Of a stretch of 64,000 nt of DNA, positions 1 to 13,943 are shown one piece after another. The position numbers were made by a program, and so were the translations under genes. Origin of the DNA: Cycas panzhihuaensis. Taxonomy: Eukaryota; Plantae; Cycadophyta. The stretch covers positions 36,153,741 to 36,217,740 of the forward strand of contig CM041465.1 in the NCBI GenBank assembly GCA_023213395.1, in the 5' to 3' direction. Below the pieces are notes generated by a model. The model did not search any database. It was given only the letters and a program-made list of their open reading frames with translations, and had not been told where the DNA came from. Numbering within the stretch: the stretch's first letter is position 1; each line of letters opens with the position of its first letter.

Positions 1-59
1 GAGGTCAGGAGTTAAATCAGACGCTCCACTTGCAATCAAGAATACAACGGAAAACTCCA

Positions 60-3000
60 CGCGACAAGAACACATACAGAAAGGTACTTGTTTCAAATGC
101 GGAGGGAAATGGAATCGAGAGCACCAATGTCCGGAAAGAAGGTATTTATCTTTGAATAATGAAGAACCGGAGATACCGAACAAATGTAAGAAGATACGGC
201 CCCAGATCAAGAAGATAACAATGAACAGGACAAAGTTGAACTAGATGAACTACTAGAAGTCGATACAGAAAATGTTCAAATATCTCTGCAAGCCATAACA
301 GGTCAAAGCACGGCACCTCAAACACTACGATTTGAAGGGATGCTGAAAGGAGCCCCAATAGCGGTGTTAGTAGATAGTGGGAACATGCATAATTTTATCA
401 ACAGACCAACAACCCAAAAGCTGGGAATCAAGGTGGAACCATTAAAAACCTTCCAGGTCTCAATTGCTAACGGGAAGACGGCACCTTGCAGAGGATTCTG
501 CAGAAACATCAACCTGAAAATTGGTGAGTACCCACTGACATCCAATATGTTTGCAATGCAGATAGGAGGCGTTGATATAGTCCTAGGGGTACAGTGGTTA
601 CAAACCTTAGGAAATATAGTCACCAACTACATGACCAGAGTCATGTGCTTCCGAATAAACGACACCAAATACATACTATGGGGACCTAAATATCCACCGA
701 CACAATTAGTGTCATCTCACAGAATGGAAAGAATCATGCGGAAGAAAGCACCCACATATATAGTGTCATGCCACAAGATAGAAATCCAAGAAATTCCAAT
801 GGATATACATTACATCTTGGACGAATATAAACAAGTATTCGAAGAACTAAAAGGATTACCGCTAGCAAGAGAAATTCAGCACGCGATTGATTTAGTTCTA
901 GGAGCAGCACTAGTGAACATAAGGCCATACAGGCATCCATACCACATGAGGAAAGAGATCGAGAACATAACTAGAGAATTACTTGCACACGGCCATATTC
1001 AGACTAGCATAAGCCCGTTTGCATCCCCAGTGGTGGTTAGCCCTAAGAAAGATGGCACAATCAGGATGTGCGTAGATTACAGGGGATTGAACAAGTTGAC
1101 TGTAAAAATAGATATCCTATCCCCAGGATCGATGACCTACTAGATGAAATACATGGAGCGCAATACTTCTCCAAGATAGACCTCTGATCGGGTTACCATC
1201 AAATTCGGGTAAAAGAGGGGGACGTCCACAAGACAGCATTCAGAACTCATGAGGGACTGTTCGAATTCAAAGTGATGCCATTTGGTCTAACCAACACTCC
1301 AGCAACATTCCAGGCCACTATGAACTCCACATTTAAGGAATGTTTGAGGAAATTCGTACTAATCTTTTTTGATGATATCCTCATTTACAGCAAAACATGG
1401 AGAGAACATTTGGAACACCTGAGATTAGCCCTAGAAATTTTAGCAAAAGGTTTATTCTTTGCAAACAAAAAAAAATGTTCTTTTGGCCAACAGAACTCGA
1501 ATACCCTACCATATCATTACTCCAAATGGAATCAAGGTCGACCCCAAGAAGGTCCAAGCAATAATAGAATGGCGACCAAAGAATGTCACGGAGTTCGTAG
1601 CTTCCTTGAGCGGTAGGATACCTCAGGAAATTCATAAGAGGATATGCTAACATAGTAGCTCCACTTACAGATCTAATAAAAAAGGATGCTTTCACATGGA
1701 ACGAAATGGCCAACAAAGCCTTTGAAGAACTAAAAAGCACACTGGTAAGTGCCCCGGTTTAGCGGTCCAGACTTCTCAAAACCATTCATCTTGGAATGCG
1801 ATGCTTGAGGGTTTGGCATAGGAGGCCCTATTACAAGACGAAAGACCGATAGCGTTTAGAGTAGGAAATTGAATAATAGAGAAAAGTTAAAGCCCATCTA
1901 TGATAAGGAGATGCTAGCCATAATGCACACGATCAACCAGTGGAGACAGTATTTACTAGGCAGTTCCTTCCAGGTACGAACGGACCATGACAGTCTCAAA
2001 TACTTCTTAAATCAGAAGACACTGTCAGATGAACAACAAAAGTGGGTGAGAAAATTACAAACATTTGATTTCTCCATTATGTACAAAAAGGGCAAAGATA
2101 ATGTCATAGCAGACGCTCTCTCAAGAATTCCAGAAGAAACTCACGCAAAACTAGCAGTACATACAATATCAGTGGCTACTCCAGCTTGGCATGAGATATT
2201 AAAGAAGGAATACGACAACGATCCGAAGTACAAACAATTGATCAACAAAGTAAGGAAGGACAAAACTGGCTCATATGAGATACAACAGGTAATAATACTC
2301 AGGAAAGGAAAGATTTGCATTCCTAGAAGATCAGGGCTAAAGGAGATAATATTACAAGAAGGCCATTCCACACCGATAGCAGGTCACACAGGGATTGACA
2401 AGACATACAGAAAGATAAGAGCTTCATTTTATTGGAAAGGATTAAAAACAGATGTTCAAAAGTTCATGGCAGAATGTGATATCTGTCAACAAAACAGGAT
2501 CGAATGCATAAAAATGCCAGGGTTACTCCAGCCGCTGCCAACGCCAGAACAAAAATGGGATGAAATATCCACGGATTTTATAACCGAATTACCTTGCTCT
2601 GAAGGAAAGGACGCAATTCTGGTCATCATAGATCGCCTCACCACATATGGCCACTTCAGAGGACTAAAATCGACAGCTAAGGCTAGCGATGTGGCATAAC
2701 TATATATGAAGGAGATCCATAGGTTGCATGGTTTTACTAAAGCAATTGTAAGTGACCGTGACCCAAAATTTACTAGTAAATTTTGGCAGGATCTATTCAA
2801 AATTGTAGGCATTAAACTCAAGATGAGCACATCATACCATCCTCAGACGGATGGGCAAACAGAGATTGTCAACAAATGCTTAGAAGGATACTTGAGAAAC
2901 TTCGCCGAACAAACAAAAGCAATGGCATCAATGGTTACATTTAGCAGAATGGTGGTACAACACCACATATCATTCTTCAACAAAAATGACATCTTTCCAG

Positions 3001-3592
3001 GCTTTGTATGGCTATATGCCACCATCATTATTAACACGGAATAGACCTTCACGTCCAGCAAATAAGAACATCGGAAGCAAATGGAGGAAACCATCAGCAA
3101 ATTGAAGGATAACCTAGCAATTGCACAAAACAGAATGAAACAACGGTGATCTAAAACGCCTAATGACAATTTGAAGTAGGAGATTGGGTCTTCTTACGCC
3201 TTCAACCATACAAACAGATGTCCTTACAGAAAAGAAACAATCAAAAGCTAGCACCTATATACTTTGGTCCTTACAAAATCACTTCCAAAGTAGGTGAAGT
3301 TGCCTACCAGTTAGAACTCCCAGGAAACACAAAAATTCATAATGTTTTCCATGTATCCTGTCTAAAGAAGAAAATTGGGGAAAAGATCGTTCCTCAATCC
3401 AGCATACCAGAGCTTGATGAGGAAGGAAAGATGATGCTAGAACCTGAAGGAATCTTGCAATCCCGCACCCGATCTCTTAGGTCCAGACAGATCAAAGAGC
3501 ATCTCATCAAATGGAAGAACTTGGATATTGAAGACTCCACTTGGGAAAACGATGAATGGTTAAAACAATTTCCGAACCTGCCAGTGCTTTGA
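60..3592 (+). pseudogene. Disrupted gag-pol (gag end, PR, RT, RH, INT, chromodomain) of the chromovirus
   Basis: ORF fragments 340-1143, 1272-1616, 1869-2699, 2706-3044 and 3218-3592 are consecutive pol pieces broken by small deletions and a few stops. Confidence 0.9.
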
Positions 3593-3623
3593 GGGCAAAG
3601 CACAATTTCAAGGGGAGGGGACT

Positions 3624-4229
3624 TGTAGCACTCTAAAATATGGTCAAAGTTATAGCATATAAGCATTCAAATGATAGGCCTCTAAACGATGATTCCAACG
3701 GTTTAGACAGAAGTCAATTCCGACATCCCTATCAAAAGTTATGACCATTTAAAGATAGCACGCTTTTTGAGAAGTCATGGTGACTTCTCATGATTATGTT
3801 GAGCGCACTCCTCCCTGCTCTGGCCGACTTCATTTTGTCCCAGTTTATGCGCCTATATATAGGGACTTTGAGATCATTCGAGATTATCCATTCGTGAAGC
3901 TCTCTTCTCTTCATTTTCTACCAAGGCAAGTGCATTTTCGGCCTTAGGGTTGCAATTTTTGGGAGGATCCCCGCCTCGAAGGGTTTGGCGATTGTGGCGG
4001 GCGCAATTACTGTTGGAGCTCTACTTATAATTTGTGCCTTCTTGTATCGTATTTTGTATTTAACCTATAATTGAAGATATACTTTTGGATCAAAAGGTGT
4101 TTGCCATTTGTGAATTCGATCTATTTGGATTTAGCATTTGTGGACCTTGTTCTCTATTATTGCTCTGTGTCTGTGAATTCACCCTACTCTGCTCAATTTT
4201 CTGTCCAATTGGGTAAAGGACTCGCTACA
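3624..4229 (+). repeat. 3' LTR (606 bp) of the chromovirus, preceded by a PPT
   Basis: PPT AAGGGGAGGGG at 3610-3620; termini TGTAGC...GCTACA form a perfect 6-bp inverted repeat; TATA-like CTATATATA at ~3853. Confidence 0.9.
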
Positions 4230-4527
4230 AAAGGGTATCCACTGAGTGAAGTTATCTACCCTTAGACTAACAACCTAGCATAGAAATTGAAATAAATAAA
4301 TTAAACTATAAAATAAATGCAAGGAAAAAAATTAAAGTACCAAGAAGAAATTCTGATTCCCTTATGACTCTTGAGTTATGCTAGTTCTGTTTTTCAATCT
4401 CTATGAAGAGAGTATTTAGGTCTTTCCTTGATCTCTACTTCAGTAGAGAGAGTACTCGATCTATCTCAAAAAAAAAAAAAAAAGATTTTTTTGGATTGTT
4501 GAGTAACTTCCCATGATCACAAACGTG

Positions 4528-5005
4528 GCTTTGATACCACTTGGTATGATTCTTCTTGTAGATGCCCTTTGTTATAATAGAAAAATAATAGTGTACAACC
4601 ACTTTATTCTAAGTAAAAAGGACAAATAGATTATCAAAGAGTCTCATAAAATCGTAAGGGCATCAATTGATCACTAAACGAGGAGTACCATAATATAATC
4701 TTTTACAAAGTAACATCAAGCTAACTATCTTCTATAATCCATGACCCTCATATAGACAAAAGAGGGTCTCTCTTATGTAATCCTATTGATGGCCCAGGAA
4801 GCCTTACATTCTATTGGACAACATAGTAGCCTTACATTCCATTGGCCAGCTTATCAGCCAACGTACTGAGTTCTATAACTAACCTTATCCCTTAACCTTA
4901 TAGTAGCTCTCCATTTATTAGTGCGTTACATAACTTAGCAAGATGAGTTATGTAACAAAATAGTTATGACATTTTAAGAAATAAAATAAAACAATAGTTA
5001 GATTG
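4528..5005 (-). mobile_element. Old LTR element E0: tRNA-iMet PBS plus part of its 5' LTR (probably resuming at ~26708-26770 after element A)
   Basis: GCTTTGATACCA at 4528-4539 is the reverse complement of TGGTATCAAAGC; LTR-like sequence follows from ~4542. The continuation past 26707 (ending ...CTTCAATCA) is inferred. Confidence 0.5.
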
Positions 5006-5044
5006 TATTAAAATTCTTCACTTGTTTTGATACCATATTAGAAA

Positions 5045-5045
<1 letters not shown>

Positions 5046-5085
<40 letters not shown>

Positions 5086-5090
5086 CATAC

Positions 5091-5124
<34 letters not shown>
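5046..5124. repeat. (TA)n/(TACA)n microsatellite inside the 3' LTR of element A
   Basis: Directly visible; absent from the partner LTR at 26232-26707. Confidence 0.95.
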
Positions 5125-5125
<1 letters not shown>

Positions 5126-8100
5126 AGATGTGAATTAACATCATTGATATGTGTGTATGTGGAAACATAATAAATTATATGATCAAATAAATAATGTCAA
5201 ATATATTAAGGGCAATTAATAAATACTATTTAACTAAGATATGTGACATAATATTTAACATGAAAAAGTTTAATGGAAAAAACCATTTCTAAATTATGTA
5301 TGAGATCTCTTATAAATAAATCATGATGGCTTATCCTAGTCTTACAAGGAGAACTAATCGATCCACTTTATCTTTCAATATACATGGCCTTATATACTTA
5401 TGTCACCTTATCATCATCTAATGATATTATACTAAATATTAACCACTTAGATCATGTATAAGAACCTTTACATTAATCAATTATTAATCAATCAATACTA
5501 ATCAAATGTGATCTTAAATATTATAATACTTAATATTGTAACACTTCCCTTTAAAATTTAAGTCATGAAACATCTTAATTATCTTTACTTTTAAAGATCA
5601 TATCATATCTCCTATTTATCAATTGTCCATAAGTCAAACTTGTCTTTATTATACTTATTCTCCTACAAGTAAATATCATAGCATATAATCTTATTTCCTA
5701 TAAATCATGAAACAGATATGAATCATAAACTATCATAACATATAAAGTATCCATTCTTATATCTTCATATTTTCCATATATAAGCTGCATAAATAAACTT
5801 ATCAACTTAGTAAAATAACAATACTAATTATTAGGCCATTAACATTTCATGAGAAATAATTTTTGAGGTAATTTGTAGTTTTCATTTTGCTAACCAAATT
5901 TAATTAATATATTAATCAATATGGGCGTTGCCTCCAATGATGATTTTGCATACTTTTCTTTTGTATTTCCTTTATTAGTTATTTTACATAGGTATCCAAG
6001 GATTTAATTTATCCCCAACCATCTCTTAAGTTTTATAGCTCACCCATAAATTGTTGTTACTAATATCACAAATTACTAAATATATGAAACCTTTCATGAT
6101 TTCATGTTAGGTGGGTAATTTTACATCAATATCTTAATCAAAATTCTCCATTTTCTCTCCTTTTACTCCAAAGGAACTAAGTCAGGAAACTTAACAAGGT
6201 GATTAATGTTAGCAAATAATGTTCATTTTTACTAAGGAGTGTACATAGTGGCATTGGGACTCTACAGGGTTGTCTCCAACCATCTTCAATTGACATAGGA
6301 AAGAGATATATTTTTATATTCATTTAATATTATTTTTTATTTGAAAAAAGATGTCAATCAATGATGAGCTTGCCCAATGTCCCGACTATAAATATAAGGT
6401 GCAAGTACTCACCAGTGTTCTTTAACACAACCATTCATTTGGAATATTTATTAATTTTTCTTTAATATGGCTTAATACCTATTTTGCTCTATCTCTACAC
6501 ACTCTACATTTAGTATTAGAATGATGATTTATTTTATTATGATGTACGATAAGCTAATATAGTAGATATTTATTCATTTTCTAAAGTTTTATCAATAGTT
6601 TTTATTAAATATTTAGCTGATTCACTACATATAGTCTATATAATCAATATTTCTTTAGATTTTTGTAGTACTTATAAGTGAATTTAGCCCAACACTCATT
6701 TGTAGTAGTTTCATTAAAGTTTCATTTAATATTTTATAAGTTTTTAATTATTTTTTAGTATTTTTTTAAGGTTTTTCCATAGACCTAATCTTCTACAGGT
6801 TGGTGCATCTTCATAATCAAGTAGAACTATATTGAGTAACTACTCATTGCAATCCTTACTGAGTCCTCTCTGCACTAGAATAGATGGTTTGGAAAACTGT
6901 CACTTTTACATTGAGATATAACTCTTGGAAGCCAACCTACTATACTGTCTAGCTGAAACCCCATTAGTATTTGCTTGAACTCAATTAAATTCACTTTATC
7001 TCTCACTATTTGACCTTGTAATAGAGACATAGGCTTATTACAGACTATATAAGCTCTTCCTTTGTAGATCTCAAGCTCTATTTGAGCTACTCTCTCTTTA
7101 TTTGGCTGTACCACCTTCCAACATCTTCCAAGCTTGTATTGTCATTTATTTTCCATTTTCTCTCTAGTTTTTTGTCCTATATCTAGGTGCCCACCTGTTG
7201 CTAACCTCTTTGATCAATCTTTGGTTGTTTTATAGCTTTAGATTTGATTGTTTCAATGATTTATTCTCCGTCTACTTTGTACAGATGTGCATATTTATGT
7301 CTACATAAAATTTGATATTTTGATTTATTTCTTTTGTATAGTTTGAAGAAATTTAACTTGATTTAATATTTTTTGGAAGCCCCATTTTTGGTTAACCTGT
7401 AGTCATTTTGAGCCCCCATATGACCCTAGTCTATTCTTAAAAGGGGTGGATTTCAAAGCATAATAAACCATTTTTAATAATTTTGGTTTTTAAAGGATTA
7501 AACCATATTTCATAGTTTTTGGAGTCTGCTAGCCCCCTTTGCAAGCCAATGGTAGGTCACATGTGCTAACTAGGTGAGCAAGGGCTCTAGTGAAAAAAGG
7601 CTTAAGATCCCCCCTTCTTTAGTTTTTTACCATAACAAATAGGCTTTATTATTTTGCTAATATCTTTTTATCTAAGAGTCTATTTTTTGAATGGTTAGAA
7701 CCGTTGGAAAGATGACTTAGTGGTCTATGTACTGAAGTTGGTTTCACACTAATTTGAAGCTATTTTATAGGTATTTTATACTACTAAAGTTAGCCCTCCT
7801 ATTTGATCTTAATTTAAGTATTTTTCATCATTTTTAAGTAATTTATTAATTTTATTCAAGTATATTTATGTCATATTGATACACTAATCTATTTTTGGTA
7901 GATTTCACTTTGCATTTTAAGGTTTATATATGTTTTCTGATAGAATATTATGTAGATTGGAAACATTTGGATAATAGTTTACAAACAAAGAGCTTATTTA
8001 CCCTTAATTTATTTTATTTTAAGCCTTCTATCTCATTTTATTTTATTTATGGCTTATTCAATTTCATTTTAAGGCTTATATTAAGTTCATTTTAGCTTAT

Positions 8101-8449
8101 TTAAAGGTCATTTTACTTTATTATTAAAGCTCATTTCAAAGTCCATTTAAAGCTCTTCTATTACACTTCAAAGCTCATATAGAGTTTATTCTATTACATT
8201 TCAAAGGTTATTTAAAGGCCTATTTTATTTCTTTTTCATTTCGTGTTATTTTAGAGCTTATTTTATCTTATATATATATTTTTTTGGTAACATAAAATGT
8301 AATTAAGTATGGGTTTGAAAACAGGTTCCCACAACCTAGTACATTAGTAAAGATATAACACCCAATCCAATATAGACTGTGACAACCCCCATAGTCTGAG
8401 GACTAATCTAGGGAGGAAACATAATGGCAGGACAAGCCCCATGACTAGT

Positions 8450-11400
8450 TGACTCGAAGACTCTCTAACTCAACCAGTCTCATAATCTCCTTAGGTAAAT
8501 CCTTTTACCATACAAAAGATCTCTTATTTTTAACACCCCAATTTTCCAAGAGATTAGCCGCTTTATTACCTTCTCTGAAGGTGTGATAGAGCTACACTTC
8601 TGTGAAATCCTTAAGAACATCCTGAGCATCCTCAATCATTGATTGAAATCTCCAGTCAGAAACTGTAGTGTCTCTTAGCTAGTTTATTACATTATGGGAA
8701 TCCTCCTCTATAATCACTTTGGATAATCCCCCATCTAGGGCCATATTCACAACCTTTAGCATGGTTGTTGTCTCAGCGAAGTGGTTAATTTATTGACTAT
8801 AATGATTTGCAAATGCCCAAATGAAACTACCGTTAACATCCCTGCAGATGCCACCACCACCCGCTTCCCCAAGGTTACCTTTTGAGGCACCATCGAAGTT
8901 TATTTTGAGCTAGTGGTCCTCTGGGGGTTTCCAATAGCAAGTTCTAGGAATCCTATCCCTGGTATTCTGCTTTATGCCCCACTTATGTAGAATCTTTGCT
9001 TCAATAGGTAACATATGCTTCTCTTCAGAGCTTTTGATATTTTCCTTTATCTTAGTGTATATGAGATTGAATATGGACTTCAGATCTATCTATTTGTCCT
9101 AAACGATTATCCTATTTATTTCCTTCCATATATTCTAGGACAACACCAGGAACAAATTTTTCCAAACACTACCTAGGACTTTACTCTTAAAAGGGCTATG
9201 CCAACCTTACCATTGATCTACGATGTTCCTGGAGTAAACCCACTCCACCTCGAAGATCTCCATCAAGATTCTCCAAACCCCACCAATATGAGAACATTGA
9301 AGAAAGATATGATCTATAGATTCTTCCTCGGATCAGCACATGATACATCTGTTAGTCAGATGGAAACCCCTCCTCATGAGGTTGTCCATAGTTAAGATTC
9401 TGTTTATAAGATAGGTCCACCAAAAGACTATAATTTTAGGGATAAGGTTAAGTTTCTAAATACCATTCAAGAGATCGTTCCTCTGAGCCCCTCTCTCGAT
9501 ACAGAGGTGAAGATAACCTTACTTCACTGGATATTCCCTATTTTGGGAAGAGGACTAGACTACTGAGTCAACTCTATTCGATTTGGGAATATAACATTTA
9601 CTAAGGGTCCCTTTTAGTTTAGAGATACTTTCCTTATGGAAAGACCCATCCTAGAGATCCTCAAAATTCTTTCATTTCTTATTTCTACCCCCCATCCCCC
9701 AATCAGGTAATCCTTTACAAAGACACTGTAGAGGTTCTCGCAACGAGCTTGGAGGGGAGCTAAATTAGGGCAATCCTTAAGACTTATTTTGCTACACCAA
9801 ACATCCTCCCAGAATTTTATAGAATTCTCATTTCCTAAATTCCACTTCAATCTAGCTTTCACCAATACCCTAGTGCTGAAGATGCTCCTCCATATAAAAG
9901 AGCTTGATGGGGGGACAAAGTTGTCAAGGAGAGAGCTACCTTGTAAGTACTTTTGAGATATAATTTTTCCCCACAAGCCTCCATAGCCTTTGACTAATCT
10001 CCACCCAAGCTTAGCCACAAAGGCTAAGTTAAATATATGCATTCTTCTCAAGTTTAGACCCCTAGCCCATTTCAACTTATAGACCTTATCCCAATTTACC
10101 AAGTGAATTATTTCCCTCTTTTCAACCCCAGACCAGAGGAATCTTTTTTGAATGGATTCTAGAACATTGGAGACCCTAGTCAGAATTTTGAAAATAAACA
10201 TCTAATAAACCAGAATGCTTTGAAGTGTAGAGGCTACCAGTTGGAGCTTACCAACATGGCTAAGAAGGGCACCTTTCCAACTAGCCAACTTCCTTTGAAG
10301 TCGATCAATAAGAGGGTTCCACAGGTCCTTGGACATCTTGCCCATAAATAGGGACATACCGAGATAAATAGTGGGCAATTTCCTAATACCCATTTCAAGG
10401 ATATCACTGATCCTTCTTTGAATGGGCCCAAGGGTATTTATAAAGTAGCCACTACTTTTGCTCAAATTAACCTTTTGATTCGTGCCCTGCTCATATCTCC
10501 TCAACTCATCCTTTAACCTGATAACCTCTTTTATTACAACTTTCCTTAGAAATATGTTGTCATCAACAAATTGATGATGAACAATATTGTCCACCCCAGA
10601 GGTTGGGCATAGACCTTTGACAAGACCTTGACTTTTGACGACCTCCATGGTCCTGGCCAGTAGCTCAGCTAAGGTAATAAAGAGGTAGGGGGATAGGTGG
10701 TCCCCCTGCCTCAAGCCCCTATAGCCCAAAAAGAATCTAGATGAAGAACCATTAACAATGACTGAGTATTGGGGATTTGAGATACATAGTTTCATCAATA
10801 TCCTCCACTTCTCCCCAAACCTAAAAGCATCCAAATACTCCAATAGGCAATTCTAGGAGACTCTATCAAAAGACTTTGAAAGGTTAATTTTTATGAGCAT
10901 AGTAGGTTCCTTCCTCTCCTTAGCTGAGTGTAAGGTTTTGTGAACCATAATAATGCCGTCAGTGATCTGTCTACATCGCATGAAGCCATCCTAGTTCTGG
11001 GATATTATATTAGGGATGATTTGTTTAAATCTATTTGTGAGTACTTTATCTAGGATCTTATACTTTACATTACAGAGGCTAATATGACAAAAGTTCTCAA
11101 TTCTTTTGGCCCCTTCCACTTTTGGGGTAAGGACCAGAAAGGTAGCTTGCCACTTTTGAAGGATATTTTGATTTAAGTGGAACTCGTATAAAGCTTCCAT
11201 AAGATCTTCGTTTATTATATCTTAGAATTCTTGAAAGAAATAAGGAGGAAAGCCATCCAGGCTAGGGGCTTTATCCCTCTTCATTCTAAACACTGCCTTC
11301 TTGACCTCCTCCTGGGTAAAGGGAGTAGTCAAGGAAGTGTTTTAGGCTTCATTGACCAAGAAAGGAATGGATCTCAAGAGGACCTCTCAGGCCTCCCTAT

Positions 11401-12646
11401 CCTCGTGCTGTGGCTCAGAAAAAAGATCCTTGAAGTAATCACATGCCAGGTCTTTTATATCTTCTGTACCATTTACAGTTAAACCATCCTCCCTTTGGAG
11501 ACCTTTAATTCTATTACTAGCTCTGTGCTTAACAATAGTCATATGAAAAAATATGGTATTCCTATCTCCTTCAGCAAGCTAGATGGCTCTAGATTTTTGA
11601 CTCCAATGGATTTTTTCTCTAATCAATAGCTCATCCAAGTTCCCCATTAATTCCCTTTCATCTTTATCTAGAGTCAGAGATCTACCCTCAAGATGGATCC
11701 TATTATTAATTTCATTTAGGTCTTTAATGGTTTGGTCCTTTAAGACATTGATATTTTGGAAAATTTCTTTGTTCTAGACTTTCACTTGCCTTTTGACCTA
11801 ATCCAACTTTTTCGAGAATCTAAACATGGCATGCCCCTAGACTGGGACCTTCCACTAATCCTCCACCTTATGCCTAAGGTTTGGATGTCTAATCCACATC
11901 ATTTCAAATCTGAAAGGAGATCCTTTATGCTTTTCCATATAAGAGAATAGAAGCTACAGAGGAGAATGATCATATATGGTTTTAGGGAGGGCTTAAAGGG
12001 TGAAATCCTTGAAGCATCTAGCCCAATCATAATTGATCATGACTCTATCGAGTTTAATCTAAATAAGATGGTTGCCTAGTCTTTTGTTTGACCAAGTAAA
12101 GGAAGCCCCTCTTAGATTGACATTTGTAAGACCCCCCCTCTGTATGAAACAACCAAGGTCGTGCATGTTAGTTGTCCAACCTACTTGGCCCTCTTTCTTT
12201 TCCCCTGGGCAAAGAGTCATATTAAAATCCCCAACAATTAGCTAAAGAGCACCGCAATCACCATGAACCTCCAAAATCCTGTCCTAGAGCCTCTTTCTAT
12301 CCTCTTGATTATTTGGGGTATAAATGTTCATGGCTAGCCATTTTAAGTTGTTCTTTCTGCTGGTCAACCAAACCGATAAGAAGGATTCCTCCTCTGCGAA
12401 GGTGTCCCCTAACCATTCATTAGGGTTCCACATCACCATGAGACCACCCGTGCCTTGGATGTTGCTAATAGCTTTACCTTCCATTTTTTTCCAAATTTTA
12501 ATTATAGCATTTTGACTATTATCTGAATTCAGTTTTGTTTCCTATAGGAAAATAAGATTTGGGAGTTCCCTTCTTCTCAAGTCCCTAAGAATCCTTTGTT
12601 TAGAGGGAGCATTTAAGCCCCTAGCATTCCATGAGATTAATTTCAT
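8450..12646 (-). pseudogene. LINE-a ORF2 (APE endonuclease, RT, zf-RVT, RNase H), many premature stops
   Basis: Starts MKLISWNARGLNAP at 12646; ISLCNVKYKI, GLRQGDHLSPYLF, HHQFVDD, IKFWEDVWC; RNase H KINFDGASKGNLG (~8870-8910) and HTFREGNKAANLL (~8545-8590). 3' end approximate. Confidence 0.9.
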
Positions 12647-12649
12647 CTC

Positions 12650-13943
12650 TTCTTTCTTTACTTCCATATCTTTGATGCCTCCCCATCGGATAGGTCTCAT
12701 CCAATGGATCTGGTTCTAACTCTTGGGCCCTCCAGGAAGCCTCCATTGAGGGTTTTCTGATTACCTTGGTCCACCTGGGTAGTAACTTCTCTTTCCCTCA
12801 CTAATCTCGTGGGGGGCCTACCAACTCATTTTTTGGATCTGACATCCATGATCTTTCTCTGGACCTCTTCTTTGTGGAACATCTAGGGGGGATTCATTCA
12901 TCACTACTTAGGGCAAATTTTCCCACAAGGCCATCTACTTCAAGAGTGGTCGGCAGGATGAAAGCTAGGGCTTCCTGGTCACCCATATCAGGGAGGGTAT
13001 CTTCCATATTAGGATCAAGTCTAAGATTTGTGTCTCCGTGCTCTTCTAAGTGGACTTCAACCTCCTTCACATGAGGCTCCTCCTCTTTCATCTCAGTATG
13101 TTCATCTTGTCCACCCTTTGGTGGCTCCAGTGCCTGAGGCTCTTCCACCTTCTAGGAATTCTCTTTTGGCTCTAATTTTTCTATTTTATTTTCTTCCTTT
13201 GCTTACCACTCGCTTGGGCATTTCTGAGGTAAATGACCCAACCTCTTGTATGGGGAACATCTAAAATTCTCCATCTCATAAACCAGCGGTTGGGCCCAAC
13301 TCTGATCCTCCATGCCCATCCATATTTCCTCTAAGAGGGGCTTTTCGATCCTGGTCATAGCACAGAATCTGGTATTGATAAGCCTGCTTTTATTTTTAGT
13401 GGGTGAATCCACCACTAAGAGGGGGCCCATAGCTTTCGCCAACCCCCTCAAGACCTCCATGTTCTAGTGGTACAGCGGAAGACCTGACAACTAGATCCAG
13501 ATAGGGGCTTGCTTCATCATTGGAGTTGATAGATCAAAGTCTCTATGCCATTTTTCCAATATTAAAGCTTTCCTCCTAAACATCCAAGGGGCCCTTAGGA
13601 GGATATTTATCATATCTTCCTGGGAAGTAAATTTAAAAAGGACACATCCTTTCGGCATCACTATAGCTTCCATGTTTCTAACCATCCTCTATTTGCTCCT
13701 AATCTAACTTCTAATGGATTCCAGCCCTTGTCTGGGACCGAAAAATCTACCAACCAAACTGTTGTCACAAAGCTTCTCAGTTCTCTCTACCAACATCTTG
13801 GGGATTTTTAGTCTAACCTTGTTATCTTAAATAACTAGTATTAGGTCATATTCTTCCATGTCTCTAGATCTTAAAATTTCTAGATAGGATTTACCCTGAG
13901 GAGGGATGTGAGACTAGTTCTGTGTATTTTGTTATTTCTCCAT
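12650..13943 (-). pseudogene. LINE-a ORF1 (DUF4283-like region plus zinc knuckle)
   Basis: GCVLFKFTSQEDM...APWMFRRKALILEKW, APIWI, knuckle FRCSPYKRLGHLPQKCP. Confidence 0.85.

Larger units (their letters stand above)
1..4229 (+). mobile_element. Ty3/gypsy chromovirus LTR retrotransposon (Reina-like), 5' part outside the window
   Basis: Gag knuckle CFKCGGKWNREHQC (~89-130), protease VLVDSGNMHNFI, RT ([33 protein letters not shown]), RNase H (YDKEMLAI, VRTDHDSLKY), integrase (GHTGIDKTY...CDICQ, SDRDPKFTSKFW, YHPQTDGQTE), chromodomain (HLIKWKNLDIEDSTWE), PPT and a short 3' LTR. Confidence 0.95.

Noticed and set aside
7990-8270. Degenerate TTAAAGGCTTATTT-like repeats as a CRISPR-like or satellite array
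   Set aside because: Low-complexity and irregular, with no constant repeat-spacer periodicity; part of the interior of B.
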